Below the pieces are notes generated by a model, which had not been told where the DNA came from, ran no database searches, and saw only the letters and a list, made by a program, of their open reading frames with translations. DNA of 64,000 nt from an uncultured Candidatus Saccharibacteria bacterium (lineage in GTDB: Bacteria > Patescibacteriota > Saccharimonadia > Saccharimonadales > Saccharimonadaceae), in NCBI GenBank assembly GCA_938041555.1, contig CALIAC010000011.1:18466-82465 (forward strand), in the 5' to 3' direction. Numbering within the stretch: position 1 is the stretch's first letter; the number at the start of each line of letters is the position of its first letter. A program made the position numbers and the translations under genes. Below, piece by piece: positions 36,735 to 45,800 of this stretch.

Positions 36735-38466
36735 GCGCTATCTCCTTGATTAATTGGTTCAGTTGCTCGCGCAAAGCGGCGGCGGCAGTCGTATCGCCGC
36801 TCTCTTCTGCTTGGCGCAGTTGGGTGATGAGATGATGTTTGTGTTGCTGCTTGTGTTCGGTTTCGATTTGCCGCAAAAGCCGGGCGGTCTCGTAGTAGCG
36901 ATCGGTCTCGCTCCACGCACTATACTGATCGTCAGCATACGCTCGTGTCATTGTAATATACTCATCAAAATTTTGCAATGGCGGCGGCGTACTCTTCAGA
37001 GGCTGCCCATGGTGCGCCGCATAGTACTGAGCCAAAGCCTGGCGTGCTTCCCCTGCGAAGAGCTGTGGGTCAACTCGCCTAAACAACTCCTGGCTCGGCC
37101 CATCGAGCATCGCCAGCGCAAGCGCATTATTTTGCAAGAGGTAAGGATTCTTTCGAGCAGTTTTTTTGACCTTGACGGCCTTGCGGATGGGTGCGGACGG
37201 TGCGGTTTGCTGCGCCTTGGCCTGCACAGCCTGGACACTTGAGCCCACCGTTTGAGCAATCTGCCGCTGGTAGTGCTCGCGCTCCACCGGGTCGCCCAAG
37301 CGATTAACAAGCGCCAGCCCAACCGTCGTAAACTGCCGCTTACCCGCTGCCGTGGTAAGATCGAGCTGCTGCCGATACTGCGCCAGGAGCCAATCCACTG
37401 CTGGCTGGGCCGCTGCAATCGCCTGCTGCCAGGCCGCTACCCCCTGCTGCTGGATGAGTTCATCGGGGTCTTTTGCCTCCGCCGGCAGCGACACCACCTT
37501 CAGCTCCACCCCCGCTTGGGCAGCCAGGCCAATCGCTCGCTCTGTGGCAGCCTGCCCGGCTTTATCACCATCAAAACTCAACCGGATATCGCCCGCCAGC
37601 CGCTTGAGCGCCCGAATATGCTGCTCCGTCATAGCAGTGCCCGCCGTCGCTACCACCGCTGCTTCGCCCGCCTGATGGCTACTTATCACATCCATATTAC
37701 CCTCGACAATCACCGCGTAGCCCTGGGCCCGAATCGCCTGCTTGGCCTGCATCAAGCCAAAGACATGCCGACCTTTATCATAGAGCAGCGTCTGGGGCGT
37801 ATTGAGGTATTTTGGTGCATTGGGCACATCAGCAATCAAGCGCGCTGTAAAACCAATCACCTGCCCACTCGCATCCATTAATGGCACCATCATCCGCCCA
37901 CGAAAGAGATCGCCATCGTAGCGGTTCACCAAGCCCACCTCGCGCAGCTCTGCCAGCGAAAAGCCTTTTTTCTTAAGATACGTTACCAGAGCCTGACCAT
38001 CACGCGGCGCATAGCCAATCTGAAACTGCTGGACAATCGCCTTGCTCAGCCGCCGCGTCCGAAACACATACGCCAGTGCATCCTGGCTCCGCACCAAGCA
38101 ATGCTGATAAAAATTCGCCGCTAGCCGATGCGCCTCAAGGAGCCGCTGCTTGCGCCGCGCCAGGTCGCGATTACCCTTTTGCTCATACAGCGAAAGATCC
38201 ACCCCCGCCTTGCGCGCCAGCAATTCCAGCGCCTGGCGAAAGTCCAGCCCCTCTACCTCCATAATAAAGCTAAAGACATCGCCGCCTCGCCCGCTACTAA
38301 AGTCGTGCCAAATATTCTTCTCCGGGCTCACAAAAAAGCTCGGCGTCCGCTCACTGGTAAAAGGGCTCAAGCCTTTGTAGCTCCTCCCCGCCCGCTTGAG
38401 CTGCACATATTCGCCCACCACATCCTCTATATTCAAGCGTGCCCGCACCTCTTCTTTGGCATCCAT
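36718..38466 (-). CDS. dnaG: DNA primase (zinc-ribbon ligands substituted)
   Basis: The N-terminus '[17 protein letters not shown]', '[13 protein letters not shown]' and a TOPRIM region ('[11 protein letters not shown]', '[11 protein letters not shown]') are present. Start is ATG 38466 or 38484. Confidence 0.9.
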   Translation of the reverse strand: MDAKEEVRARLNIEDVVGEYVQLKRAGRSYKGLSPFTSERTPSFFVSPEKNIWHDFSSGRGGDVFSFIMEVEGLDFRQALELLARKAGVDLSLYEQKGNRDLARRKQRLLEAHRLAANFYQHCLVRSQDALAYVFRTRRLSKAIVQQFQIGYAPRDGQALVTYLKKKGFSLAELREVGLVNRYDGDLFRGRMMVPLMDASGQVIGFTARLIADVPNAPKYLNTPQTLLYDKGRHVFGLMQAKQAIRAQGYAVIVEGNMDVISSHQAGEAAVVATAGTAMTEQHIRALKRLAGDIRLSFDGDKAGQAATERAIGLAAQAGVELKVVSLPAEAKDPDELIQQQGVAAWQQAIAAAQPAVDWLLAQYRQQLDLTTAAGKRQFTTVGLALVNRLGDPVEREHYQRQIAQTVGSSVQAVQAKAQQTAPSAPIRKAVKVKKTARKNPYLLQNNALALAMLDGPSQELFRRVDPQLFAGEARQALAQYYAAHHGQPLKSTPPPLQNFDEYITMTRAYADDQYSAWSETDRYYETARLLRQIETEHKQQHKHHLITQLRQAEESGDTTAAAALREQLNQLIKEIARGNRR

Positions 38467-38805
38467 AGGTATAGTATAGCGCATATGGCATAGGCCAATC
38501 GAACTGTGTTTGCCCTCCTTTACTATTCATCCCCTCACCGGGCTTGCTGCATCCACACCACACTAGGCCTTGTCAGCACGCTAGTTGCATCACGTATCTT
38601 TAATGAGCTAAAAAACTTTGTGTGGTATAGAAAATACACCCGTCTCTTACTACAAAACATGAGATATTTTTATATAGTCTATAGGGGTATAGAGTATATA
38701 GTATAGAGGGGTATATACTATGCATACTTCATCAATCTGACCTCTGTTAGAGATTATGCTCTTTACCTCTGTTAGTGGTTGTGTTTAAATGGTATTATAG
38801 TAACT

Positions 38806-39960
38806 ATGAATCCACAGCAACCATACACTCCCCAACCGAATGGTTCGGCACCGCAGCCCGAGCAACAGCCCCCGCAGCCCAATGCGCCGGCAGCTGCTCC
38901 GTATGTCCCCTATTATGCTACCCAAGCGGCGTCACACGGTGCGCAGGATTATGGCTATGGTGCATATAATCCGGCAACGCAGAGCCAGCCAACGCAGCCA
39001 CCGTATCAAGAGCAGCCCACTCCTTCATCGCCGCAGCCTCAGGCTACGCCCTACCAGCCGTATCAGCAGCAGCCACACGACCAACCAGCCAGCCAACCAG
39101 CCGCGAGCTATGGCGCAGGCCAGTCATATCACTACGCGCCGCAGCCCGAGCAACAGCCAGCCGCAGCGCCCCACCCAACCAATCCACAAACCAGCACAGA
39201 CACGCCACATGGCTACGCCAATGCTGATGCCTACCCAGGCCCCGGCCAACCCTACCAGCCACAATCGGGCGGCTACAATGGCCAGGCCTATGCCAACCCG
39301 CAGCAGCCGCTTGGCGCTACTGCCATGGCTGCTACCGGAGCAGACCTTGGCGCAGCAAGCGAGCCAGACACCTCCTTCCCGGTGGATTACCTCAATGAGA
39401 TTGCACCCAAGCAGCAGCCAGTGCAGATTAACCGCTTTGCGGTGTTTGGGCTGATCGGCGGCGTACTCTTGCTCGCCTTTGCCATTATCATGATGATGGT
39501 CAACAGCCAGCCCAACTACACCAAGCAAGCCCAGAGTACCCTAGCCCGCATCGAGACCTTGCAGGCAGCCACCAAGGAGCAGCAATCACGCCTAACAGAA
39601 AATGAACTCTCGAGTATGAACACCACACTCACCACCTCGCTTGGTAGCATGGGGACAGAGCTCAAGTCGTCGCTCAAGGATGCGAAGATCAAGACCGAGC
39701 TCCTAGGCGACGCCAAAAAGACCGAAAAAGCCTACTCCGACAAACTCTCCAAAACGCTCGAAGACGCTTATCTCACTGGCTCGCTCGACCGCGTCTACGC
39801 ACGCGAAATGAGCTACCAGCTGTCCATCCTCAAGAGCTACCTCCAGAAGCTCAAAACCGCCAGTGGCAACCGCAAAGCCATTGCCGACTACGTCGCCACC
39901 AACAGCAAAACACTCGACGCCGCTACCAAGTCATTCAGCAACTTTACCTCAACGAAGTAG
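38806..39960 (+). CDS. single-pass membrane protein with a long P/Q/Y-rich N-terminus
   Basis: ATG 38806 (the listed start is TTG 38779). About 200 aa of Pro/Gln/Tyr low complexity, one TM helix (FAVFGLIGGVLLLAFAIIMMMV), then a helical C-terminal domain. Terminator at 39989-40013. Confidence 0.6.
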   Translation: MNPQQPYTPQPNGSAPQPEQQPPQPNAPAAAPYVPYYATQAASHGAQDYGYGAYNPATQSQPTQPPYQEQPTPSSPQPQATPYQPYQQQPHDQPASQPAASYGAGQSYHYAPQPEQQPAAAPHPTNPQTSTDTPHGYANADAYPGPGQPYQPQSGGYNGQAYANPQQPLGATAMAATGADLGAASEPDTSFPVDYLNEIAPKQQPVQINRFAVFGLIGGVLLLAFAIIMMMVNSQPNYTKQAQSTLARIETLQAATKEQQSRLTENELSSMNTTLTTSLGSMGTELKSSLKDAKIKTELLGDAKKTEKAYSDKLSKTLEDAYLTGSLDRVYAREMSYQLSILKSYLQKLKTASGNRKAIADYVATNSKTLDAATKSFSNFTSTK

Positions 39961-39988
39961 CGACGCGTACTTTCACCCTATCGACAAA

Positions 39989-40013
39989 GCTCGCCTCTCT
40001 GGCGGGCTTTTTG
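39989..40013 (+). terminator. rho-independent terminator after 38806..39960
   Basis: Stem GCTCGCC/GGCGGGC (one G-U pair) with a 5-nt loop, then TTTTT. Confidence 0.65.
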
Positions 40014-40280
40014 CTGTATTAGGTATTCTGTTTGTATATAACTTTACGGAGCGGTTTTTTCTCCGCAGGACACTGGATGATGCTGGTGTTTTATATGTGC
40101 CGATTGTCACGTTTCTCTAGCCGCTCTTCTTTGGGCTATTAAAATTTAAATACGAGAAGCCCCGCAGCGCTAATTCTCTTCTGTTATTCCATTTAGTAGG
40201 GTGTATTTTAGGTATCAGAAGGTCGAAGTTTGGGAGTAGCCAGTAGCCGCATTTTACAGTGTTTTATCGAAACGTACGTC

Positions 40281-40622
40281 CTACTCCGTCACCAGCCGGT
40301 AGCTGAGCCGCGCCAGGTCGATCACTTCATCATCACTCAGCTGGCCGCTACAAATAACGGTAATCCAATGCTTTTTATTGAGGTGATAGCCTGGCTGGAC
40401 CGACTCATACCGTTCGCGCAAAGTACGGGCAAGCTGCGGGTCGCATTTGAGGCTGACGCGCAGTGGCTGCGACCCTTCGGCAACCAGCGCAAACATCTTC
40501 TCCTGTTGGCCAGGCACGTCCTTGTGCCCTACCTTGTACACCGCGATGCCTTCCCCAAAGGGATAGTCGAGCCACGCCCCGGGCAGGCTGAGCAAAAATT
40601 CTTCGAGCTGCTTGTGTGTCAT
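40281..40622 (-). CDS. MmcQ/YjbR-family protein
   Basis: 113 aa. 'LLSLPGAWLDYPFGEGIAVYKV...KMFALV......VSLKCDP.....LRERYESVQPGYHLNKKHWITV' is the YjbR-family pattern. Confidence 0.75.
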   Translation of the reverse strand: MTHKQLEEFLLSLPGAWLDYPFGEGIAVYKVGHKDVPGQQEKMFALVAEGSQPLRVSLKCDPQLARTLRERYESVQPGYHLNKKHWITVICSGQLSDDEVIDLARLSYRLVTE

Positions 40623-40634
40623 AGCACTATAATA

Positions 40635-41498
40635 CTACAACCACTTATGCCGCACAAAATACCCCACCATCGCCAGCGGTATGAGAACAATCAGGCCGAT
40701 CATCAGCCAGAAGGCGACATCACTGCGAAACGGCAACTGCACGAAATTCATCCCGCCTAGGCCCGTCAAGAACGAGACCGGCATAAAGACGGTGGCAACC
40801 AAGGTGAGGCGCTTCATCACATCGTTCATGCGGTTAGATACCACCGAGAGGTACATATCGAGCGCGCTGGTGAGAAGGTCGCGCATCGTATCGATAAGCT
40901 CGTGGACGCGCCAGGCGTAGTCGTAGCTATCGCGCACATACACCGCGCATTTTTTATCAAACAAGGCATAGCGGCCGTTACTGAGACCATTGAGCACATT
41001 CATCAAAGGGAGCACCACCTTACGCAGATCAGCCAGCTGACGCTTGTACACAAAGAGTTGCTGGAGCTGCCGATTATCTGGAGTGCGAATCATCGTATCC
41101 TCCAGCTGGTCGGTCACATCGTCGATATGATTAAGCAAGGGCATAAATTGCTCAATAGAAAACTGGGCAATAGTAGCCAGAATAAGCGATGGCGTCTTGC
41201 TACTAGGCCGCAGCGCGGTAATGCGCTGAACGAGCTCATCGTCTAGCTCACCCTGGTGCAGCGTAATAATCTCGGTTTTACTGAGTAAAATGGTAATGGT
41301 GTGGTACTTCACATTGTGCCGACTGACGTATGGTATATCCAGCGTCAGCAGCAGCCACGCCTCCCCTTCTATCGCCTGCGGCAGCCAGCGATGCTCGCGC
41401 ACCATGCGGGCCTGCAGCTCAGGCAGGTGCAGTTCGCTTAGCAGCGCCCGTCGCTGCTCAATTGTGTCAATCGTAATATCGCGCCACAGCTCGGACAT
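40635..41498 (-). CDS. corA: CorA-family magnesium/cobalt transporter
   Basis: The C-terminal two TM helices carry the 'GMN' signature (FLTGLGGMNF). ATG 41498 overlaps the orn stop (ATGA). Confidence 0.85.
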   Translation of the reverse strand: MSELWRDITIDTIEQRRALLSELHLPELQARMVREHRWLPQAIEGEAWLLLTLDIPYVSRHNVKYHTITILLSKTEIITLHQGELDDELVQRITALRPSSKTPSLILATIAQFSIEQFMPLLNHIDDVTDQLEDTMIRTPDNRQLQQLFVYKRQLADLRKVVLPLMNVLNGLSNGRYALFDKKCAVYVRDSYDYAWRVHELIDTMRDLLTSALDMYLSVVSNRMNDVMKRLTLVATVFMPVSFLTGLGGMNFVQLPFRSDVAFWLMIGLIVLIPLAMVGYFVRHKWL

Positions 41499-42049
41499 CA
41501 CAGAGCGACCTTTTGGAGATAATAGCGCAGCTCCATAATACTACCACGAATATCCTCCAGCGCGCGGTGATCTTCTGGCTTGGCAAATTTCTTGCCGTAT
41601 TTGCCCTCCATCACCACCTTCCAGGCGCTTACATCGAGCATGCGGTAGTGCAAACGCTGCGCCAGCTGCGGCCACCAGTGGTCGATAAAGCGGCGATCTT
41701 GGTGGATGGAGTTTCCCGCGAGCAATATCCGCCCCTCGCCAGCACACTGCTTATCACAAAACGCCAGCAGCTCCTGCTCGACCTCTGCTAGTGGCTTGCC
41801 CTGAGCATTCTGCTCCTCGAGCCCACGCCGCGCTACCGGGTGCTGATCCCAAAAGCTGGCGTTGCCATCGAGGAGGCGTTTGAGCTTGGCTTCGTCGTGA
41901 CGCACTACCCCTTCGTACGTTGCAATCTCAGCGAAGTCCCAATCCGTCACAATCGCTGCCACCTCTAGTATCTCATCTGTAGTAGGGTCCAGCCCCGTCA
42001 TCTCAAGGTCTACCCACAAAATCCGTTTTGGTTTGAAGCTTGGTTTCAT
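41498..42049 (-). CDS. orn: oligoribonuclease
   Basis: 183 aa. DEDDh motifs: 'ILWVDLEMTGLDP', 'NSIHQDRRFI', 'HRALEDI'. Confidence 0.9.
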   Translation of the reverse strand: MKPSFKPKRILWVDLEMTGLDPTTDEILEVAAIVTDWDFAEIATYEGVVRHDEAKLKRLLDGNASFWDQHPVARRGLEEQNAQGKPLAEVEQELLAFCDKQCAGEGRILLAGNSIHQDRRFIDHWWPQLAQRLHYRMLDVSAWKVVMEGKYGKKFAKPEDHRALEDIRGSIMELRYYLQKVAL

Positions 42050-42304
42050 GCTTCTAGTATACTACATGTCCACCACATAGCGCTCATCCTTGGTTATTAC
42101 TGTTATAAGCATAAGCTTTACTGATGTGCAAGTTAGTGTACTACTTTTTTGTTCAGAGGTCTTTACCTGCCTTCCCACCTCCTTATTCCAGGACGTAATT
42201 ATGAAGTAAATTCTCTCTCCTACCCCTGTTATTTCCGAATGGTTCACTATTGTGTTCAGGCTACGTAGATGTTTGAGTAGTGCGCAAATTTATTATTCAC
42301 CATA

Positions 42305-42331
42305 GAAAAACCACACCCTGAGTGGGTGTGG
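42305..42331 (-). terminator. rho-independent terminator after mscL
   Basis: Stem CCACACCC/GGGTGTGG with a 5-nt loop, then TTTTT on the minus strand. Confidence 0.7.
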
Positions 42332-42363
42332 TTGATCGCTACGCAGGCTCTTGCCTAGCCTAC

Positions 42364-42813
42364 TTAGTCTTTTTTCTTGTCCAAGCGGTCGAGCTTGAGA
42401 AAGTGGATGATCAGGTAGATGACGAATGCTGTGGCGACCAAGGTGATCAGCGAGCTCACGAAGGCTCCCCACGCGAAGTCGGCGCTGCGCCCAGCAATCT
42501 CAATATGCGTGCTGGCAGCCTCGAGGCCCTTCTGCGACCCCACAATGAACTGCACCACTGGGCTAATGAACCCCTGAACTAATTTTTTGACTGTGTCGCC
42601 GGCAGCGGTACCAATCGCCAAACCAACAGCCAGGCCAACCACGCCCTGCTCGCGAATAAACTCAGCAAAGCCGCCAATGTGGCTGTTCTTCATTTTCTGC
42701 TCTAGAGCTTGGGCAGCAGCTGCAGCCTCTTGGGCAGCCTTGCGTGGGGTGCGGCGTGCAGCAGGCTTCTTTGTAGTAGCTGCTTTGGTTTTGGTTGTTG
42801 TTCGTTCTGCCAT
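42364..42813 (-). CDS. mscL: large-conductance mechanosensitive channel
   Basis: The core 'FAEFIREQGVVGLAVGLAIGTAAGDTVKKLV..FISP' is canonical MscL. ATG 42813 has a strong SD (TAAGGAG) and adds a ~40-aa Lys/Ala/Thr-rich N-terminal extension. Confidence 0.85.
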   Translation of the reverse strand: MAERTTTKTKAATTKKPAARRTPRKAAQEAAAAAQALEQKMKNSHIGGFAEFIREQGVVGLAVGLAIGTAAGDTVKKLVQGFISPVVQFIVGSQKGLEAASTHIEIAGRSADFAWGAFVSSLITLVATAFVIYLIIHFLKLDRLDKKKD

Positions 42814-42911
42814 AGGTTCTCCTTATTAACCATTGTTTATTCAAATTATAGCATATTCTGCATTAATTGCTAGCGGTCTTGTGTTGGTGGTGTTCTATGG
42901 TCGTTATTTCA

Positions 42912-44081
42912 TTATTGCTTCATTCGCTTAGCTTGTTCGCGTGCTTTGTTGACCTTATTGCGCTGTAGATTTTTAAAGCCGCGCGATAAGTGTTGCGATG
43001 AAGTCGCAATATTATCTGCATTATCATCAAAGATAACAAATGGGTGTTCGTACGTCTGTATCGCTTGCTCGACAAGCTCGACACTACCCGTGGCAGTCGC
43101 TACTTTACGTAGTATATCACCAAGGAAGAAGCGATTAACTGTCGTGTCACCCGGCGAAAGGCTCGCATGGACAGTCTGCGCTAACTCAATCGCTTGTTGG
43201 CCCATACCCTGGGTGATAAGCTTTTTGCACAGCTGGTTGGCCTCTTTCAGGTCGTTACGTCGATCAACATCTGGGTAGATGCCTGGTAGCTGGCTCAAAC
43301 TTTCGTATGCAGCACCAAATTCGTCATGACGATTATGGATGATTGCATCATAATGAACGCGCAATAGCTCACGCCCAGGGATAGATGGCAGTGTAATAAG
43401 CTGTAGCAGACTATTTCGTCTGTCACCATCACGATACTGCTGACTAGTAACATCAGCAAAGTTTAACCATGGGCGAGATGAAACAAAGGCATCACGGTTG
43501 ATTGACGGCGGGAGATTCTTCACTAGTTCGCTGGTCTGCAGCCAATTCACTGCGCGAAGCTCACCACTCATCAACTGATCTTGCGGGTTTTTTCCACTTA
43601 TCGCTTCTGTTGTCTCTTTGCATAGCTCATTCGTAGGTACATCAAGCAAAAACGAGCGCTGACTTGGCCGGTCAAACAACATAATTACGGCATGTTGGTT
43701 AACATACCCAATATAGTGCTCTAACCCCTTAATCTGATCGAGGCACTCCGATGCCACAATAGTATAACCATAGCAATTAGCTGTCTCACGCTCGGCAATA
43801 CTTTCAGCGGTAAGAAGCGGTGTACCATCTGTGGTCGGTGCAAATTCAAGCGTCTGGCGCACCAAGTGCCCCACCAAAACTGCTGCATTAGTGGCGTCTT
43901 CAAAGGCCAGCGGCGACTGCTCGTAGGCTGTGCCGATGATCTTGAGCTGCTTTGAGTCAAGTAAGCGCTCGCGGCCAATCTCGATATTACCCGCCGCTAT
44001 ACTCTTTCTTGGCGTCATAAGCTCTGCTGCCAGTGGCTCATGCAAAGCAGATGAGTCGGTACGTGGCGTACGCTCACCCAC
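42912..44081 (-). CDS. hypothetical protein, possible transglutaminase-fold cysteine peptidase
   Basis: 389-aa ORF. Its GTG start overlaps the argS stop by 1 nt, with an alternative ATG at 44018. Candidate Cys-His-Asp arrangement: 'ETANCYGYTIVASECL...HYIGYVNQHAVIMLFD...FLLD'. One hand-counted 100-nt sample gave about 45% G+C. Confidence 0.5.
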   Translation of the reverse strand: MGERTPRTDSSALHEPLAAELMTPRKSIAAGNIEIGRERLLDSKQLKIIGTAYEQSPLAFEDATNAAVLVGHLVRQTLEFAPTTDGTPLLTAESIAERETANCYGYTIVASECLDQIKGLEHYIGYVNQHAVIMLFDRPSQRSFLLDVPTNELCKETTEAISGKNPQDQLMSGELRAVNWLQTSELVKNLPPSINRDAFVSSRPWLNFADVTSQQYRDGDRRNSLLQLITLPSIPGRELLRVHYDAIIHNRHDEFGAAYESLSQLPGIYPDVDRRNDLKEANQLCKKLITQGMGQQAIELAQTVHASLSPGDTTVNRFFLGDILRKVATATGSVELVEQAIQTYEHPFVIFDDNADNIATSSQHLSRGFKNLQRNKVNKAREQAKRMKQ

Positions 44082-45745
44082 TACAGCCGCTCCGGTGCTT
44101 CGATACCGAGCAGAGCAAGGCCAGCAGCCAGGGTGTCGCGGTAGCGCTGCACCAGGCTGAGGCGCTCAGCCTGGCGCGGGCTGCCAACGACGCGGTTCTT
44201 CTCGTAGAAGCGGTTAAATTCTTGGGCAAGCTCATAGAGGTAGTGGCAGATGCCATGCACAAGATACTCGCGAGCGGCCTTCTCGACGACCTCTGGGTAT
44301 TCGCTCAGCTTGCGCAGGAGCAGGCGTTCGTCATCAGTGCAATCGATCGGCTCGGCAGGCTCGGCACTCGCCTTGGCCAGGATACTACAGGCCCGAGCGT
44401 GAGCATATTGAATATAGGGGCCAGAATTGCCCTGCAAGCTCACCGTCTCATCCATATCAAAGGCTATATCGTTGCCCATACGATACTTCGCAAAGGCATA
44501 TTTGATCGCCCCAAGTGCCACCTGGCGCTGCACCACTGGGTCTGTGGTGAGGTTCGCCACGCGCTCTTGGACGATGGCAAGCACATCGGCCGCTCGCGCC
44601 ACATTACCCAGGCGCGAACTCATCTTGCTACCATCACCAAAGCGCACTGTGCCATTGGTCAGGTGGGTCATCCGCCCAGCTAGCTCAGGCCGGAAGAGCT
44701 CAGCCGCAGCATACACCACGCGCATATACTCCTTTTGGTCGTTGCCAGTGATGAGAATCCGGTGGTCGAAGTGGTAGTCTGCTACCTCCTTCCAGATAAC
44801 GCCAATATCCTTCGTCTCATACGTTGGCAAGCCGTTGGACGTGACGAAGACGCGGGTGTGCAGATGCTTAGCAGGGTCACCGACGAAGACCACTGCCCCC
44901 TCAGAACGCTGCAAATTCCCCCGCTCCAGCTGCTCGTGCACCACGGCGAGGCCAATCGGTGCGGTGCTACTCTCAGGAATATAATCGAGATGATCGACCT
45001 GAATCATCGCATAGAAGGCATCGAAGTAATCCAAGCTCCACTGGCGCGTCGTCCAATAGATCTGAGCCAGTGGCGTATTATGCTCATCATGCTCGTGGTA
45101 GCTGTAGACGAGCTTGTTAAGCTCAATAATCTCTTGCTTAGCCGTCTCGTTCTCTTCGTACGCTTTAGCACCGATCACATAGGCCTGGCTAATCCACCGC
45201 GCCCGAGCAAAGACATCGCTCTCTACCTCTGTTAACTTCTCTGGTAGCTCGCCGCCTAGCGTGTGGCGCATCCCCCACAAGCACTTAGCAACGTGCAGGC
45301 CAACATCACCACCAAAGCTGGCTCGATCTACCGCCGCGCCAACCGACTCGATGATCCGCGCTAATATATCACCATACACCGTCTGATACAAGTGGCCAGT
45401 GTGCAATTCTTTAAAGGCGTTGGGGCAGCTATATTCCAGCGTGTAGCGCATGCCGCCATAGATCTGCTGCGGTGCGGTATTGGCCGCCTGCCACAGTGCT
45501 TCATCACTTAGGCGGAGATTAATAAAACCCGGGCCAGCCACGCTCACATTAGAAAACTGGCCAGTCTGGCGCAGCACCGCCGCCACCTCCTCGGCAATCT
45601 CGCGCGGCTTCTTGCCCAGTGGCTTAGCAAGCTTGAGTGCAACGTTGGTCGCAAAGTCGCCAAACGTCGGTTCCGGCCGCGTCAATTCCACCGGCGGGGT
45701 TTGTTGATAAAGAGTATATACTGCATCACGAATCGTCTGTTCCAT
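44081..45745 (-). CDS. argS: arginine--tRNA ligase
   Basis: Start trimmed to ATG 45745. HIGH-like 'HTGHL' and KMSKS-like 'GSKMSSR' motifs, plus a C-terminal DALR anticodon-binding region ending '...GIEAPERL'. Confidence 0.9.
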   Translation of the reverse strand: MEQTIRDAVYTLYQQTPPVELTRPEPTFGDFATNVALKLAKPLGKKPREIAEEVAAVLRQTGQFSNVSVAGPGFINLRLSDEALWQAANTAPQQIYGGMRYTLEYSCPNAFKELHTGHLYQTVYGDILARIIESVGAAVDRASFGGDVGLHVAKCLWGMRHTLGGELPEKLTEVESDVFARARWISQAYVIGAKAYEENETAKQEIIELNKLVYSYHEHDEHNTPLAQIYWTTRQWSLDYFDAFYAMIQVDHLDYIPESSTAPIGLAVVHEQLERGNLQRSEGAVVFVGDPAKHLHTRVFVTSNGLPTYETKDIGVIWKEVADYHFDHRILITGNDQKEYMRVVYAAAELFRPELAGRMTHLTNGTVRFGDGSKMSSRLGNVARAADVLAIVQERVANLTTDPVVQRQVALGAIKYAFAKYRMGNDIAFDMDETVSLQGNSGPYIQYAHARACSILAKASAEPAEPIDCTDDERLLLRKLSEYPEVVEKAAREYLVHGICHYLYELAQEFNRFYEKNRVVGSPRQAERLSLVQRYRDTLAAGLALLGIEAPERL

Positions 45746-45800
45746 AATTATAGTATACAACAGATGCGGCGCAAGAATAGTGTAAGCGCAGCGAGAAGGT

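Noticed and set aside
38840-39454. 204-aa alternative-frame ORF within the P/Q-rich gene
   Set aside because: Repetitive CAG/CCG-rich DNA stays open in several frames. The frame starting at 38806 continues into a TM helix and a long ordered domain and ends at a terminator.
42062-42247. 61-aa ORF in the AT-rich spacer between mscL and orn
   Set aside because: It has a GTG start without an SD and an implausible composition. The region more likely holds the orn promoter.
42693-42813. The Lys/Ala/Thr-rich 40-aa N-terminal extension of MscL as a novel domain
   Set aside because: It could be a start-codon artefact, because internal ATG 42693 gives a canonical MscL N-terminus. The strong SD at 42813 favours the long form. 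I cannot decide from sequence alone, so it is not promoted to a finding.
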